Positions 1 through 11,223 are shown, numbered from the stretch's first letter. The stretch: DNA of 53,045 nt from Burkholderiaceae bacterium (GCA_041678445.1 JBAYOD010000001.1:1-53045), one strand, 5' to 3'. Numbers and translations are program-made. Notes: generated by a model not told the origin, from the sequence alone.

Positions 1-120
1 AGCATGGACGCGGCCCCGTCGCCGCGGCAGGGCACGGCAGGGCACGGCACAGTAAGATGGCGGCCACGGTTGCGCACCGGCGGGCCGGCGATAGAAAGGA
101 ATCCACTGGAGGAGACTGGC

Positions 121-1464
121 ATGACTGATCTGATCCGGCCGGGCGCGGGGCTGCGCGCCGTTGCGGGCGGGGCACCTGGCGAACACCGCGGGCTGCGGCC
201 CACGGGCGTACTGAGGGCCGCTGCGCTGGTGGCGCTTGCGGCGGTGCTGACGGCCTGCGGCGGTGACAGCCGTGAGCGTGGCGAAGTTGCCAGCGTGACG
301 CCGACCGCCGCGTTCAGCGTGGCCGAGGTGGATGCTTCGGTGGCGCAGCAACCGGGGCTCGGTCAATTGATCGGTGCACCCTCGCAGTGCGGCGTTGCGC
401 AGCACCAGCTGGTCTACGAGTCGGTCGATCCTCGCGGCCGCGGTGCCCGCGCGAGTGCCGGTCTGCTCATTCCGACCGGCTGCCAGGGCCCGTTCCCGGT
501 GCTTGTCTATCACCACGGCACGACCGTGTTCCGCGCGTTCACGATGTCCGATCCGGCCAACACGGAGGCCGGCCTGCAACGGGCCATGTTCGCTGCCCAG
601 GGCTATGTGGTGGTGATGCCTGATTACCTCGGCTACGGGGAATCGGATCTGGGCTACCACCCCTACCTGCAGGCCGAGAACACGGCCGCGGTGAGCATCG
701 ATGCGCTGCGTGCCGCCAGGACGGCACTGGCCGAGCGCGGGGTGCCGCTCAGCGACAAGCTGTTCCTGTCCGGCTATTCGCAGGGCGGCCATGCGGCGAT
801 GGCCACCCACCGGGCGATCGAGCGTGACCACGCGGACGAGTTCCCGATTACCGCGTCGGCGCCGATGGCGGGCCCCTATGCGCTGGAGGAGACCTTCGTT
901 TCCGGCATGGCCAATCCGGGCCAGGGGGCGTCGCTGTTCGCGGCTTTGACCTACACCAGCTACCAGAAGAGCTGGGGCGATATCTACGCAAGCGCGCAGG
1001 ACGCCTTCCAGGCGCCGTGGGCCGACACCATCGAAGATCTCCTGCCCGGCACTTCGAGCACGACCGAGCTGATCACGAGCGGCAAGCTGCCGCTGGCCAT
1101 CGGTGGTCCGGGGGGCTTGCTGACCGATTCCTTCCTGGCCCTGTTCGCCGACCCGGACAGCTCGGTGCGCCGTCGGCTGGCCGACAACAGCCTGCTCGAC
1201 TGGGCGCCAAAGGGGCCGATGATGCTGTGTTCAGGGGCACGGGACCCGGTGGTCACGTTCGCGAACACGATCACGGCAACCGGATATTTCGCGTCGCGTG
1301 GCGTGACGGTGACGCCGGTCGATGTCGAGCAGGTGCCCGCCTTCCAGCCGACGATCGCCGCCATGGTGGCCGCTGCCCCCGACCTGAGCACCTATCACGG
1401 GACCATCGTGCCGCCGCTGTGCCTGTCGGTCGTCAAGAACCAGTTCTTCGATCCGCGTAACTGA
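121..1464 (+). CDS. Secreted lipase-family alpha/beta hydrolase, probable lipoprotein
   Basis: GGAGGAG RBS before ATG at 121. Lipobox-like LTAC after a hydrophobic stretch. Motifs YHHGT, PDYLGYG, nucleophile elbow GYSQGG, DPVV and a C-terminal His. Confidence 0.8.
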   Translation: MTDLIRPGAGLRAVAGGAPGEHRGLRPTGVLRAAALVALAAVLTACGGDSRERGEVASVTPTAAFSVAEVDASVAQQPGLGQLIGAPSQCGVAQHQLVYESVDPRGRGARASAGLLIPTGCQGPFPVLVYHHGTTVFRAFTMSDPANTEAGLQRAMFAAQGYVVVMPDYLGYGESDLGYHPYLQAENTAAVSIDALRAARTALAERGVPLSDKLFLSGYSQGGHAAMATHRAIERDHADEFPITASAPMAGPYALEETFVSGMANPGQGASLFAALTYTSYQKSWGDIYASAQDAFQAPWADTIEDLLPGTSSTTELITSGKLPLAIGGPGGLLTDSFLALFADPDSSVRRRLADNSLLDWAPKGPMMLCSGARDPVVTFANTITATGYFASRGVTVTPVDVEQVPAFQPTIAAMVAAAPDLSTYHGTIVPPLCLSVVKNQFFDPRN

Positions 1465-1511
1465 CGGAACCGCACAGCTGAGGGAACTGCGCACCCGATG
1501 GCGCCGCGCGC

Positions 1512-4500
1512 TCAGGCTCCCAGCCGAGCGCGCTGCGCGCGAAGCCGGGCCGCGGTCTCGCCGAAGCCGGCGAGCCGCGCGCGTTCCTGCTCGACGATCG
1601 CAGCCGGCGCGCGCGCGACGAAACCGGCGTTGTCCAGCTTGGCCTGTGCCTTGGTGATCTCGCCGTCCAGGCGGGCAAGCTCCTTGTCGAGCCGGCTGCG
1701 TTCGGCGTCGAGGTCGATCTCGATCTTGAGCATCAACTGCGCATCGCCGACGATCTGGACCGGTGCCAGCGAGTCGGTCGGCAGCGAGTCGACGATTTCG
1801 ACGGCTTCGAGCCGGGCCAGCGCTTTCAGGTAAGGGGCGAAGCTGGCCAGTCGCCCGCCTTCGCCAGCGGCGATCAGGGGCAGACGTTGGGCCGGCGAGA
1901 TGCCCATCTCACCGCGCAGCGCGCGGCAGGCGTCGGTCTGCGCCTTCAGTTCGGCGACCCAGGCTTCGGCGACCTCGTCGATCCGCTCCGGTTCGCTGCG
2001 CGGGTAGCGCTGGGCCATGATCGAGAAGCGTCGCTCGGCCCGGGCCTGAGCAAGTGCCTCGCCCGTGAGTGCCGGCTGGCCGCGCTCGCCGTAGCGCTGC
2101 GCGAGCGGGGCGACCTTCTGCCACAGTTCCTCGGTGATGAACGGGATGATCGGGTGGGCCAGCCGCAGCACCACTTCGAGCACGCGCAGCAGGGTTTGCC
2201 GGGTTGCGCGCGCAGCGGCTGGAGCGCCTTCCTGGATCTGCACCTTGGCCAGTTCCAGGTACCAGTCGCAGTACTCGTTCCAGATGAACTCGTAGATCGC
2301 GCGGGCGGCCAGGTCGAAACGATAATCGGCGAACTGGCGCTCGACCTCGGCTTCGACCCGCTGCAGCTGCGAAACGATCCAGCGGTCTGCCGGGCTGAAC
2401 GCCAGGTCGTCGGCGGCCGCAGGGTGTACCGTGAAACCGCAGTCCTGGCCTTCACAGTGCATCAGCACGAAACGGGTGGCGTTCCAGAGCTTGTTGCAGA
2501 AATTGCGATAACCCTCGCAACGGCCGAGGTCGAAATTGATGTTGCGCCCCGGGCTGGCCAGCGACGCGAAGGTGAAGCGCAGCGCGTCGGCACCGAAGGC
2601 GGGGATGCCGTCCGGATACTCCTTGCGGGTGCGCTTCTCGATCGTCGCAGCCTGTTTCGGATTCATCAGGCCGGTGGTGCGCTTGGCAACCAGCGCTTCC
2701 AGCGCGATGCCGTCGATCAGGTCGATGGGGTCGAGCGTGTTGCCCTTGCTCTTGGACATCTTCTGGCCTTCGGCGTCGCGCACCAGGGCGTGCACGTAGA
2801 CGTGACGGAAGGGCACCTCGCCGGTGAACGCGAGCGTCATCATGACCATCCGCGCGACCCAGAAGAAGATGATGTCGAAGCCGGTGACCAGCACCGAAGA
2901 AGGCAGGAACTGGGCAAGCCCGGGCAGGATGTTCGGGGCGCCGCCTCGAAACGGCTCGCGGGCGTCGACGAGCGTGGAAAAGGGCACCAGGGCCGACGAG
3001 AACCAGGTGTCGAGGACATCGGGGTCGCGCACCAGCCCGCCTGTCCAGCCCATGGCTTCGGCCTGCTCGCGGGCGCCGGCCTCGTCGAGCGCCACGAACA
3101 CCGTGCCGTCGTGGATCGGCTGGCCGTCGTCACCGGCCTTGTACCAGGCCGGGATCTGGTGACCCCACCAGAGTTGGCGCGAGATGCACCAATCCTGGAT
3201 GTTGGTGAGCCAGTGGTTGTAGGTGCTGGTCCAGTTCTCCGGCACGAAGCGGATCGATCCGTCGGCCACGACTTCGAGCGAGCGCTCGGCGATGCTCTTG
3301 CCGCCGAGCAGTGAATCGGCCGGCGAGGGCTGGCTCATCGCGACGAACCACTGGTCGGTGAGCATCGGCTCGATGACGGCCTGCGTGCGATCACCGCGCG
3401 GCACCATCAGCTTGTGCGGCTTGACCGATTCGAGCAGGCCAAGTTGCTCGAGGTCGGCGACGATGCGCTGCCTTGCCTCGAAGCGATCCAGTCCGCGGTA
3501 GCGGGCCGGGCCGTTGTCGTTGATCCTGGCGTCGAGGGTGAGCACCGGCAGCACGGGGAGGTCGTGGCGCTGGCCGACTGCGTAGTCGTTGAAGTCGTGT
3601 GCGGGCGTGACCTTGACGATGCCGGTGCCGAACTCGCGATCGACGTAGGCATCGGCGATCACCGGCAGTTCGCGCCAGCCGGCGGCACGGCCCAGGGCGG
3701 CCAGCGTCGCGGCTTCGCCGGCGTTCATCGCATCGCTGGCGTTCGCCGCATCGCCCGCCTTCGCCGCATCGCTGTGGAGGGCGTCGCCGGTGCCGGTGAG
3801 CGGCAGCAGCACGGTGCGCCCGATCAGGCCGGCATAGCGCTCGTCTTCCGGGTGAACCATGACGGCGGTGTCACCGAGCATGGTTTCGGGACGCGTCGTG
3901 GCCACCGTGACGAAGCCGCTGCCATCGGTGAGCGGGTAGCGGATGTGCCAGAGGTTGCCGTCTTCCTCTTCACTGACGACCTCGAGGTCGGAGACGGCAG
4001 TCAACAGTTCCGGATCCCAGTTGACCAGTCGCTTGCCGCGGTAGATCAGCCCCTGCTGATGGAGCTTCACGAAGACGTGCTTGACGACTTCGGAGAGCTT
4101 CGGATCCATCGTGAAATACTCGAGCGACCAGTCGGTGGAGGTGCCCATCCGGCGCATCTGCCGCGTGATCGTCGAGCCTGATTCCTGTTTCCATTCCCAG
4201 ACCCGTTCGACGAAGGCTTCGCGGCCGAGGTCGTGGCGCGAGATGTTCCTGGCGTCGAGCTGGCGCTCGACGACGATCTGGGTCGCGATGCCGGCGTGGT
4301 CGGTGCCCGGCAGCCACAGCGTGTTGTGGCCGCGCATCCGGTAGTAGCGCGTCAGCGCGTCCATGACCGTCTGGTTGAACGCGTGGCCCATGTGCAGCGT
4401 GCCGGTCACGTTCGGTGGCGGCAACTGGATGCAGAAGGCTGGTGCGTCGGGATCGTGCCCGGCGGCGAAATAGCCGCGTTCCTCCCACAGCGGGTACCAG

Positions 4501-4580
4501 AGCGCCTCGATGTCGGCGGGTTCGAAACTCTTGGCAAGCGCGTCGGCGCCCGCGGTGGCGGCGTGGGGGGCAGCGGTCAT
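1512..4580 (-). CDS. valS: Valine--tRNA ligase
   Basis: [13 protein letters not shown] (HIGH), [18 protein letters not shown]-terminal coiled coil; canonical pepA-holC-valS order. Confidence 0.98.
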   Translation of the reverse strand: MTAAPHAATAGADALAKSFEPADIEALWYPLWEERGYFAAGHDPDAPAFCIQLPPPNVTGTLHMGHAFNQTVMDALTRYYRMRGHNTLWLPGTDHAGIATQIVVERQLDARNISRHDLGREAFVERVWEWKQESGSTITRQMRRMGTSTDWSLEYFTMDPKLSEVVKHVFVKLHQQGLIYRGKRLVNWDPELLTAVSDLEVVSEEEDGNLWHIRYPLTDGSGFVTVATTRPETMLGDTAVMVHPEDERYAGLIGRTVLLPLTGTGDALHSDAAKAGDAANASDAMNAGEAATLAALGRAAGWRELPVIADAYVDREFGTGIVKVTPAHDFNDYAVGQRHDLPVLPVLTLDARINDNGPARYRGLDRFEARQRIVADLEQLGLLESVKPHKLMVPRGDRTQAVIEPMLTDQWFVAMSQPSPADSLLGGKSIAERSLEVVADGSIRFVPENWTSTYNHWLTNIQDWCISRQLWWGHQIPAWYKAGDDGQPIHDGTVFVALDEAGAREQAEAMGWTGGLVRDPDVLDTWFSSALVPFSTLVDAREPFRGGAPNILPGLAQFLPSSVLVTGFDIIFFWVARMVMMTLAFTGEVPFRHVYVHALVRDAEGQKMSKSKGNTLDPIDLIDGIALEALVAKRTTGLMNPKQAATIEKRTRKEYPDGIPAFGADALRFTFASLASPGRNINFDLGRCEGYRNFCNKLWNATRFVLMHCEGQDCGFTVHPAAADDLAFSPADRWIVSQLQRVEAEVERQFADYRFDLAARAIYEFIWNEYCDWYLELAKVQIQEGAPAAARATRQTLLRVLEVVLRLAHPIIPFITEELWQKVAPLAQRYGERGQPALTGEALAQARAERRFSIMAQRYPRSEPERIDEVAEAWVAELKAQTDACRALRGEMGISPAQRLPLIAAGEGGRLASFAPYLKALARLEAVEIVDSLPTDSLAPVQIVGDAQLMLKIEIDLDAERSRLDKELARLDGEITKAQAKLDNAGFVARAPAAIVEQERARLAGFGETAARLRAQRARLGA
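3721..3774. repeat. Three degenerate 18-bp tandem repeats inside valS
   Basis: gcgttcatcgcatcgctg / gcgttcgccgcatcgccc / gccttcgccgcatcgctg; encode part of an Ala/Asp-rich insertion. Confidence 0.8.
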
Positions 4581-4608
4581 TTTCGGGAGGCTTCGATCGG
4601 GCGGAAGC

Positions 4609-5133
4609 TCATTTTCCGCGTTCGGTTAGGGATTGTGCATGCTCGGCCAGCAACTCGCGGACGATGGGTGCGAGCGCATCGCGCAACGACTGCCGCAGCG
4701 TTGCCCGCAATTCGTCTTCGAGTGTCGCGGCGAAACGGCCGGCGGCCGTGGCGATCGCGTCATGCAGCGGGCCGTCGAGGGCGTCGGGGTCGGTGACCAG
4801 GCGCTGGACGGCACGATCGACCAGGAGGTCCTCGAACGCCTGCGAGTCCGCGAGTTCGAGGGCTTCGGCCCAGCGTTGCGGTTCGGCAGGTTCGTGCAGC
4901 TCGACCGGTTCGTGCAGTTCGAGCGGCTCCAGCGGTGAGAGCGGCTCCAGCGGTCCGAGTGATTCGAGTGATTCGAGTGATTCGAGTGATTCGAGTGATT
5001 CGAACGCGTCCAGCGAGTCGTCCGCTTCGACGATCTCGGTCAGCATCGGGATCGCGTCAGCGGCCAGGGGCGCTTCGGTGGCGCGCCGTTCGCGCAGCCG
5101 TCGGGCGAGTCGCTCGATCTCGTCGTCGTTCAT
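4609..5133 (-). CDS. Hypothetical acidic protein with low-complexity ESL repeats
   Basis: 174-aa ORF with GGAG upstream, between holC and valS in the same orientation; [10 protein letters not shown] motif typical of the small gene found at this position in Burkholderiales. Confidence 0.75.
   Translation of the reverse strand: MNDDEIERLARRLRERRATEAPLAADAIPMLTEIVEADDSLDAFESLESLESLESLESLGPLEPLSPLEPLELHEPVELHEPAEPQRWAEALELADSQAFEDLLVDRAVQRLVTDPDALDGPLHDAIATAAGRFAATLEDELRATLRQSLRDALAPIVRELLAEHAQSLTERGK
4956..5003. repeat. 9-bp tandem repeat (cgagtgatt) x5
   Basis: Five exact copies plus a partial; in frame, encodes ESLESL... Confidence 0.95.
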
Positions 5134-5158
5134 GCGCGGATCTCCATGGCGCCGGCAC

Positions 5159-5584
5159 TCACGGGTTCGACGCGCGGTCGTGTGTTTGCAGCGGGTAGCC
5201 GCGGTCGCGATAGAAGCGGAAGCGTTCGCGGGCGGCCTGCCGCTCGGCGGCCTGTTGCGACACCAGTTCGATCAGCCGGTCGAAACGGGAGAAGTTCGGG
5301 GGCGTGGCCGCACCGAGGTTCAGCAACACGTCGTGGTGGGCAATCTCGGGAACGTCGCCCGAGAGCAGCACCGGCGTGTCGGTGGCCAGCGGGTCGGCGG
5401 CCGACACATGGGGGATGAACTCGTTGGCGGAGAAGGTCCACAGCAGCCGGTCGAACTCGGCGAGTCCGACCGGATCGTCGCTCCAGACCAGGACCTGGCG
5501 GCGCGCCCGGTAGATCTTGCGGATCAGTCGGCAGGCGTAGCCGAACCGGTCGGGAACGTTGATGTGGAAGTCGACCTGAGTCAA
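5159..5584 (-). CDS. holC: DNA polymerase III subunit chi
   Basis: TTG start, (M)TQVDFH...ACRL...FDRLLWTF...FIPH...ARERFRFYRDRGY; C-terminal part of track ORF 5159..6223; lies downstream of pepA. Confidence 0.93.
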   Translation of the reverse strand: MTQVDFHINVPDRFGYACRLIRKIYRARRQVLVWSDDPVGLAEFDRLLWTFSANEFIPHVSAADPLATDTPVLLSGDVPEIAHHDVLLNLGAATPPNFSRFDRLIELVSQQAAERQAARERFRFYRDRGYPLQTHDRASNP

Positions 5585-5604
5585 TCTCGGACGCCGTGCA
5601 GGGC

Positions 5605-7086
5605 TCAGCCTTCGCTGCGGCCGACCAGGAAGCGCGTGAGCAGCGGCACGGGGCGGCCGCTCGCGCCCTTGTTGGCGCCGGAACGCCAGGCGGTTCCGGC
5701 GATGTCGAGGTGCGCCCAGTCGTAGCCGTCGGCGAAGCGCGACAGGAAGCAGGCCGCGGTGACCGAACCGGCCGCCCGGCCGCCGATGTTCGCCACGTCG
5801 GCGAACGGCGACTTCAACTGTTCCTGGTAGGGTTCGTCGAGCGGCAGGCGCCAGCACGTATCGCCGCTGTCGCGGCCGGCGTCGAGCAGTTCGGCCGCCA
5901 GCGCGTCCTCGCGGGCGAACAGGCCGCTGTGATGATGGCCCAGCGCGATGATGCAGGCGCCGGTCAGCGTCGCGATGTCGACGACGGTGCGCGGCTTGAA
6001 GCGCTTGACGTAGGTGAGGGCGTCGCACAGCACCAGCCGGCCCTCGGCGTCGGTGTTCAGGATCTCGATGGTCTGGCCCGACATGCTGGTGACGATGTCG
6101 CCCGGCTTGCTGGCCCGTCCGCTCGGCATGTTCTCGGCCGCAGCGATGACGCCGACCAGGTTGATCTTCAGCTTCATTTCGGCGACTGCGCGCAGCGTGC
6201 CCAGGACCGAGGCGGCACCGCACATGTCGTACTTCATCTCGTCCATCTCGGCGGCTGGCTTCAGCGAGATGCCGCCGGTGTCGAAGGTGATGCCCTTGCC
6301 GACCAGCGCCACCGGCGCCTGTCTGGCCGATGCGCCCTGATAGCGCACGACGATCAGTTTCGGCGGCTGCTCGGAGCCCTTGCCGACTGCCAGCAGCGAG
6401 AACATCTTCAGGGCCTGCATCTGCTTTTCGCCGAGGACCTCGACCTTCAGGCCGAACTCGCTGCCGAGCTTCTTCGCGGTGTCGGCGAGGTAGGTCGGGG
6501 TGCAGACGTTGCCCGGCAGGTTACCGAGGTCGCGTGCGAGATCGCTCCCGTTGGCCAGCGCAACGGCACGCGCCACTTCACTGCTCGCCTCGCCGGCCTG
6601 GGCGCGCTCGATCATCAGCGTGACCCGTGCCGGCCGGATCGGCTGGCGGTCGGGTTTGCTCTTGAACTGGTCGAAGCGGTAGGCCGATTCGCGGCCGGTC
6701 ACGACCTGACTGCGCAGTTTCCAGCCGATGTCGCGGCCCGCCACGCTCACCTCGTGCAGCAGCGATGCGACGTCGCTGGCAGCGATCGTGGCGCCGGCGC
6801 GGAATGCCGCGCGTACCGCCTCGTTCCAGGCCTTCTCGGGCACTTCGTCGGCTTCGCCCAGCGAAACCAGCAGCGCGCGGCCGATCGGGCCCGACAGTCG
6901 GACCAGCAGCGTGGCACCGGCCTTCGCGGGCAGGTCACCGCTGGCCAGCGCGGCTTCGATCGCCCCGTCGCAGCGCTCATCGATCGCCTTGCCCGACGGG
7001 CTCAGGCGGGAGCCGCCGAGCACCGGCAACCAGACGCAGTCGGTCTGGAGCCGATCGACCGCTGCCGCGCGTGTGCTAAATTTCAT
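5605..7086 (-). CDS. pepA: Leucyl aminopeptidase (M17)
   Basis: [40 protein letters not shown]; start placed at MKFST (7086). Confidence 0.97.
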   Translation of the reverse strand: MKFSTRAAAVDRLQTDCVWLPVLGGSRLSPSGKAIDERCDGAIEAALASGDLPAKAGATLLVRLSGPIGRALLVSLGEADEVPEKAWNEAVRAAFRAGATIAASDVASLLHEVSVAGRDIGWKLRSQVVTGRESAYRFDQFKSKPDRQPIRPARVTLMIERAQAGEASSEVARAVALANGSDLARDLGNLPGNVCTPTYLADTAKKLGSEFGLKVEVLGEKQMQALKMFSLLAVGKGSEQPPKLIVVRYQGASARQAPVALVGKGITFDTGGISLKPAAEMDEMKYDMCGAASVLGTLRAVAEMKLKINLVGVIAAAENMPSGRASKPGDIVTSMSGQTIEILNTDAEGRLVLCDALTYVKRFKPRTVVDIATLTGACIIALGHHHSGLFAREDALAAELLDAGRDSGDTCWRLPLDEPYQEQLKSPFADVANIGGRAAGSVTAACFLSRFADGYDWAHLDIAGTAWRSGANKGASGRPVPLLTRFLVGRSEG

Positions 7087-7150
7087 CGTTCTGTTTCCGT
7101 CCGGTTTGCCGCGTTTCGTGCGGCTGATTATAGCGAGGGCCCGGCCGTCC

Positions 7151-8278
7151 ATGCTTTTCCGGAAGGCGTTGCGGCGCGACCTGCTCAATCTCGCCGGTAT
7201 CGTATTCTCGACCTTGTTCGTGATTCTGCTCACGACCTCGCTGATCCGGCTGCTGGGCCGGGCGGCGGGCGGGCGCGTCGATACGGCTGCAGTGTTGCCA
7301 CTGATCGCGTTCAATGCGATCCATGTGCTGCCGGTGCTGCTCGTACTCACCCTGTACATCTCGGTGCTGATGGCGCTCACCCGCGCCTATCGCGACTCCG
7401 AAATGGTGGTCTGGTTTGCCAGCGGCCAGAGCCTGCTGGCCTGGATCCGGCCAGTCATGGGTTTTGCCGCCCCCTTTGTCGTGGCGATTGCGCTGATCGC
7501 CTTCCTGGTCGCGCCCTGGGCCAACCGTGAGGCTGCCGAATACCATCAGCGTTTCGCCCAGCGCGAGGATGTTTCCCAGGTGACGGCCGGCCAGTTCCGC
7601 GAATCGGTGTCGGCCAACCGGGTCTTCTTCGTCGAGTCGATCGACGAGGTCGAGAATCAGGTCCGCAATGTCTTCGTCACCCAGCGCCAGGGTGATTCGG
7701 TGGTGGTGGTCGTCTCGCGCGGCGGACAGATCGAGGTCCAGCCCAATGGCGACCGTTTCCTCGTGCTCGATGACGGCCGCCGCTACGACGGCAGTCCCGG
7801 GGCGCTCGATTTCCGGCTGATGGAGTTCGATCGCTATGGAATCCGGCTGCAACCTCGTGCGACGGTGCTCAGCGACGAGCGCAGTCGGATCAAGTCGACG
7901 GTGGCCCTGCTTGCCGACCCCGACCCGCGCAACCAGGCCGAACTGCTGTGGCGGATCGGCCTGCCGGTGTCGGCCATCCTGGTCGCGCTGCTGGCGATTC
8001 CACTGTCGGCGATGAATCCGCGGATTGGGCGTTCGGTGAACCTGCTGGCAGCCTTGCTGCTCTATGTCCTGTACAACAATCTGATGTCGGTGATGCAGGC
8101 CTGGGTCGCGCAGGAGCGGATCGGGTTCGGGATCGCCGTCTGGATCGTGCACGCGGCCCTGGCGGCGCTGATCGTCCTGCTGTTCTGGCGGCGCGTGCAC
8201 CTGCCGCGCCGCGCCTTGCTGGCGCGCTTCACCCTGCGCCGGCCGACGGCCCGTCCGCCGGTGGCGGCCCGCTCGTAA
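7151..8278 (+). CDS. lptF: LPS export ABC transporter permease LptF
   Basis: Divergent from pepA; [22 protein letters not shown], multiple TM segments. Confidence 0.95.
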   Translation: MLFRKALRRDLLNLAGIVFSTLFVILLTTSLIRLLGRAAGGRVDTAAVLPLIAFNAIHVLPVLLVLTLYISVLMALTRAYRDSEMVVWFASGQSLLAWIRPVMGFAAPFVVAIALIAFLVAPWANREAAEYHQRFAQREDVSQVTAGQFRESVSANRVFFVESIDEVENQVRNVFVTQRQGDSVVVVVSRGGQIEVQPNGDRFLVLDDGRRYDGSPGALDFRLMEFDRYGIRLQPRATVLSDERSRIKSTVALLADPDPRNQAELLWRIGLPVSAILVALLAIPLSAMNPRIGRSVNLLAALLLYVLYNNLMSVMQAWVAQERIGFGIAVWIVHAALAALIVLLFWRRVHLPRRALLARFTLRRPTARPPVAARS

Positions 8279-9408
8279 TGCTGATCGGCAGCTACCTGAG
8301 GCGCGAGATCATCGTTGCGGTCGGCTTCGTGCTGGTCGGCTTCCTGGCCCTGTTCGCCTTCTTCGACCTGATCAATGAGCTCGAGGATGTCGGCCGTGGC
8401 GGCTACCGCCTGCAGCACGCCGTGGCCTTCGTGCTGCTCGGCCTGCCCTCGCATGTCTACGAACTGATGCCGATCGCCGCCCTGATCGGCAGCATCTACG
8501 CGCTGTCGCAAATGGCCGGTCATTCCGAATATACGGCGATGCGGGCCGCCGGGCTCGGGCGCCGGCGCGCGCTTGGCATCATCGCCCGGATCGGTCTGGT
8601 GCTGGCCATCCTGACCGCGCTGGTCGGCGAACTGCTGTCGCCGCCGGCCGAAAGACTGGCTCGCGACCTGCGGTTGAGCGCCCTGGGTGGCTCGATCAGC
8701 GGCCACTTCCGCTCGGGTCTCTGGGTCAAGGACACCGCCCGGGACGCCGATGGCCAGATCGAACGCTCGCGTTTCGTCAACATCGGCGAACTGGCCGCCG
8801 ATGGAACACTGCGCCAGGTGCGCATCTTCGAGTTCGACAGCAACCTGCGCCTGCAGCGGATGCTCGAAGCCGAGCGGGCAAGCTGGCACGGCGAAACGGG
8901 CTGGACGCTCTACGAAGCACGGGAGGTCCGTTTCGCCGAGAAAGAGGTGCCGGGCGCCGGTCCGGTGGTCAGCACCCGGCTCGAACATGCGACGGAAATG
9001 GACTGGCGCACCGAACTCAAGCCGGAGATCCTCGGGGTGCTCGCAGTCGACCCCGCCCGCATGTCCGGTTCCGACCTCTACAACTACATCGGGCATCTGC
9101 GCGAGAATGCGCAGAACACGCACCCCTACGAGCTCGCGCTGTGGAAGAAGCTCGTCTATCCGTTGGCGGTCATCGTCATGATGGCGCTGGCCCTGCCGTT
9201 CGCCTATCTGCAGGCCCGTGCCGGTGGAACCGGCTACAAGGTGTTCGCCGGGATCATGCTCGGGATCGCCTTCCATTTCATGAACGGCTTGTTCTCGCAT
9301 CTCGGCCTGCTGAACACCTGGCCGCCGCAGCTGTCGGTGGGGCTTCCGAGCATCGTGGTGTTCGTGCTGGCGCTCGGGATGCTGGTGTGGGTGGATCGGG
9401 CGCGGTGA
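8278..9408 (+). CDS. lptG: LPS export ABC transporter permease LptG
   Basis: TAATG overlap with lptF; HSEYTAMRAAG, GLWVKD, YELALWKKLVYP. Confidence 0.95.
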   Translation: MLIGSYLRREIIVAVGFVLVGFLALFAFFDLINELEDVGRGGYRLQHAVAFVLLGLPSHVYELMPIAALIGSIYALSQMAGHSEYTAMRAAGLGRRRALGIIARIGLVLAILTALVGELLSPPAERLARDLRLSALGGSISGHFRSGLWVKDTARDADGQIERSRFVNIGELAADGTLRQVRIFEFDSNLRLQRMLEAERASWHGETGWTLYEAREVRFAEKEVPGAGPVVSTRLEHATEMDWRTELKPEILGVLAVDPARMSGSDLYNYIGHLRENAQNTHPYELALWKKLVYPLAVIVMMALALPFAYLQARAGGTGYKVFAGIMLGIAFHFMNGLFSHLGLLNTWPPQLSVGLPSIVVFVLALGMLVWVDRAR

Positions 9409-9537
9409 CGCGCTGCCGGAACGAACCATCCTTCAGGATTGTCAGAAAATGCCTGAATTCAGCCCGGGAATTGTCGTCAGATTGTCATGGACAAGAAAAT
9501 CATGGACGTGGCGCGCCCGATTGTTTAGGATTCGCCG

Positions 9538-9632
9538 CAATCGATCCGCGAAAGCGGAACCGAGGAGTATCGAGGAGGAGGAGAGGCAGCGACGCTGCCA
9601 TTTGGGGCGCACAGCGATGTGCGCTTTTTTTT
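9538..9632 (+). ncRNA. Candidate small RNA or leader with GAGGAG-rich single-stranded core
   Basis: TGGACG-17 bp-TAGGAT promoter (9503-9531), GAAA-capped hairpin, CGAGGAGTATCGAGGAGGAGGAGA tract, second hairpin, intrinsic terminator. Confidence 0.5.
9607..9632 (+). terminator. Intrinsic terminator
   Basis: gcgcaca-gcga-tgtgcgc followed by T8. Confidence 0.8.
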
Positions 9633-9639
9633 CTGCCTC

Positions 9640-11223
9640 ATGACTGCTCGACTCCAGCACCTGCTTCAGTCTCCTGCCGGCTCCCGGCGCCTGTTCCTGT
9701 CGGCCCTGCTGGTCCTGACGGCACTGCGGACCGCATTGGCCGCGGGTCTGGCGTTCACGGGTGACGAGGCTTACTTCGCGTTCTGGGGCATTTACCCGGC
9801 CTGGGGCTATTACGACCATCCACCGATGGTCGGCTGGTGGCTGGCTGCCCTGGCGGCGCTGTCGACCGAAGCTTTCGTGATGCGGTTGCCCGCGCTCGCG
9901 CTGCCGCCGCTGCTGGCCTGGATTGCGTTCCGGATCGCGCGGCGGCACGGTGAAGTCCTGGGCTGGAATGCGGCGACGCTGACCTTGCTGCTGCCGCTGA
10001 ACGCGGTGAATGTCGCGATCACCTCCGACATTCCGCTGATGCTGTTTGCCGGTCTGTGCGTCTGGGCGTGGCTGCGTGCCTTGCGCACGGGTCGGACGGC
10101 AGACTTCCTGCTGACCGGGCTGATGCTGGCGGGCGCGCTGATGTCGAAGTACTTCGCCGGCCTGCTGGCGCTTGCGCTGTCTGGGCATGCGCTCTGGCGA
10201 CCGCAGCGGCGGCGCCTGGCCGGTCTTCTCTGGGTGATCGTCGGCACGCTGCCGGCGGCGGTGGTCCAGGTCGCCTGGAATGCGCAGAACTGCTGGCCGA
10301 ACGTGATGTTCAACCTGGTCAACCGCCACGAAGACGCCGGGGTGTCGTGGCAGACCCCGGTGCTGTTCGTGCTCTCGGTGCTCTATGTGCTGACCCCGCC
10401 GGTAGCCTGGCGCTTGCTTGGCGGGCGGCGCGATGCCGATGCTGCAGCAGGAAATGTTGCAACCGGGACCGCAACCGAGGCTGCGGCCGAACTCGTCGCG
10501 CTGCGCTGGCTTGCGCTCGTACCTCTGGCGATCCTGGCGCTGCTGTCGCTGTTCAAGACGATCGGCGTGCACTGGCTGGCGAGCTTTGCGCTGCCTGCCG
10601 TACTGGCCTTCGTGTTGATGGCGGGGCCACGGATGCTGGCGCGCGGCGTGATCTGGGCGGGCGCGCTGGCCGTCGCCCAGTGGGTGTTGATCGCGGTGCT
10701 GCTTGCCTTGCCGACCGAGACCTACCGCCACTGGAAAGGCTATCCAGGCCTGGTCATGACGATGCATGTCGATGAACTGGCCGAGGCGCTCGAACCCTGG
10801 CGCGGCCGCTACGCGATCGCTTCGTCGGGCTATTCGCCTGCCGTTACGCTGGGTTACGGCTTGGGCAGCTACGTGTTCGTCTTCGGACCGGGCTCCAGCC
10901 ATGCTCGTCATGACGATATTCTGACCGACCTGCGCGGGCTGGCCGGCAAGGACATCCTGGTCGTTCGCAAGGACGGTGACTATTCGCGCACCGAGTACGA
11001 ACCGTTCTTCGATTCGGTCGCGTATCGGACGCTGGCGTTGCGCGGCGTCGTCTTCCACCTGATCGAGGGGCACGGCTTTCGCTACGAGCCCTACCGCGAC
11101 GAGGTGCTCGAAACGATCCGCCAGCGCTGGTATGCCGTGCCGCAATGGCTGCCGTCGGGATCGTGTTATTTCTGTGACCGGTACTTTCCTGAGCGGACCT
11201 GCCGAAGGAGCGGCAATCCATGA
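9640..11223 (+). CDS. ArnT/PMT-like (GT-C fold) membrane glycosyltransferase
   Basis: DEAYF...WGYYDHPPMVGW, D-x-P, LMSKY motifs, many TM helices, soluble C-terminal domain. Confidence 0.85.
   Translation: MTARLQHLLQSPAGSRRLFLSALLVLTALRTALAAGLAFTGDEAYFAFWGIYPAWGYYDHPPMVGWWLAALAALSTEAFVMRLPALALPPLLAWIAFRIARRHGEVLGWNAATLTLLLPLNAVNVAITSDIPLMLFAGLCVWAWLRALRTGRTADFLLTGLMLAGALMSKYFAGLLALALSGHALWRPQRRRLAGLLWVIVGTLPAAVVQVAWNAQNCWPNVMFNLVNRHEDAGVSWQTPVLFVLSVLYVLTPPVAWRLLGGRRDADAAAGNVATGTATEAAAELVALRWLALVPLAILALLSLFKTIGVHWLASFALPAVLAFVLMAGPRMLARGVIWAGALAVAQWVLIAVLLALPTETYRHWKGYPGLVMTMHVDELAEALEPWRGRYAIASSGYSPAVTLGYGLGSYVFVFGPGSSHARHDDILTDLRGLAGKDILVVRKDGDYSRTEYEPFFDSVAYRTLALRGVVFHLIEGHGFRYEPYRDEVLETIRQRWYAVPQWLPSGSCYFCDRYFPERTCRRSGNP

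Noticed and set aside
25-50. Short tandem repeat cggcagggca at the window start
   Set aside because: Only about 2.5 copies, no context to assign a function.
5159-7380. Track starts for holC (6223), pepA (7380) and similar upstream-extended ORFs
   Set aside because: The extensions overlap neighbouring genes; homology-like sequence begins at the downstream starts given in the features.
9449-9643. 64-aa ORF in the lptG-glycosyltransferase gap
   Set aside because: No RBS, crosses a promoter-like element and a terminator; the RNA interpretation fits better.
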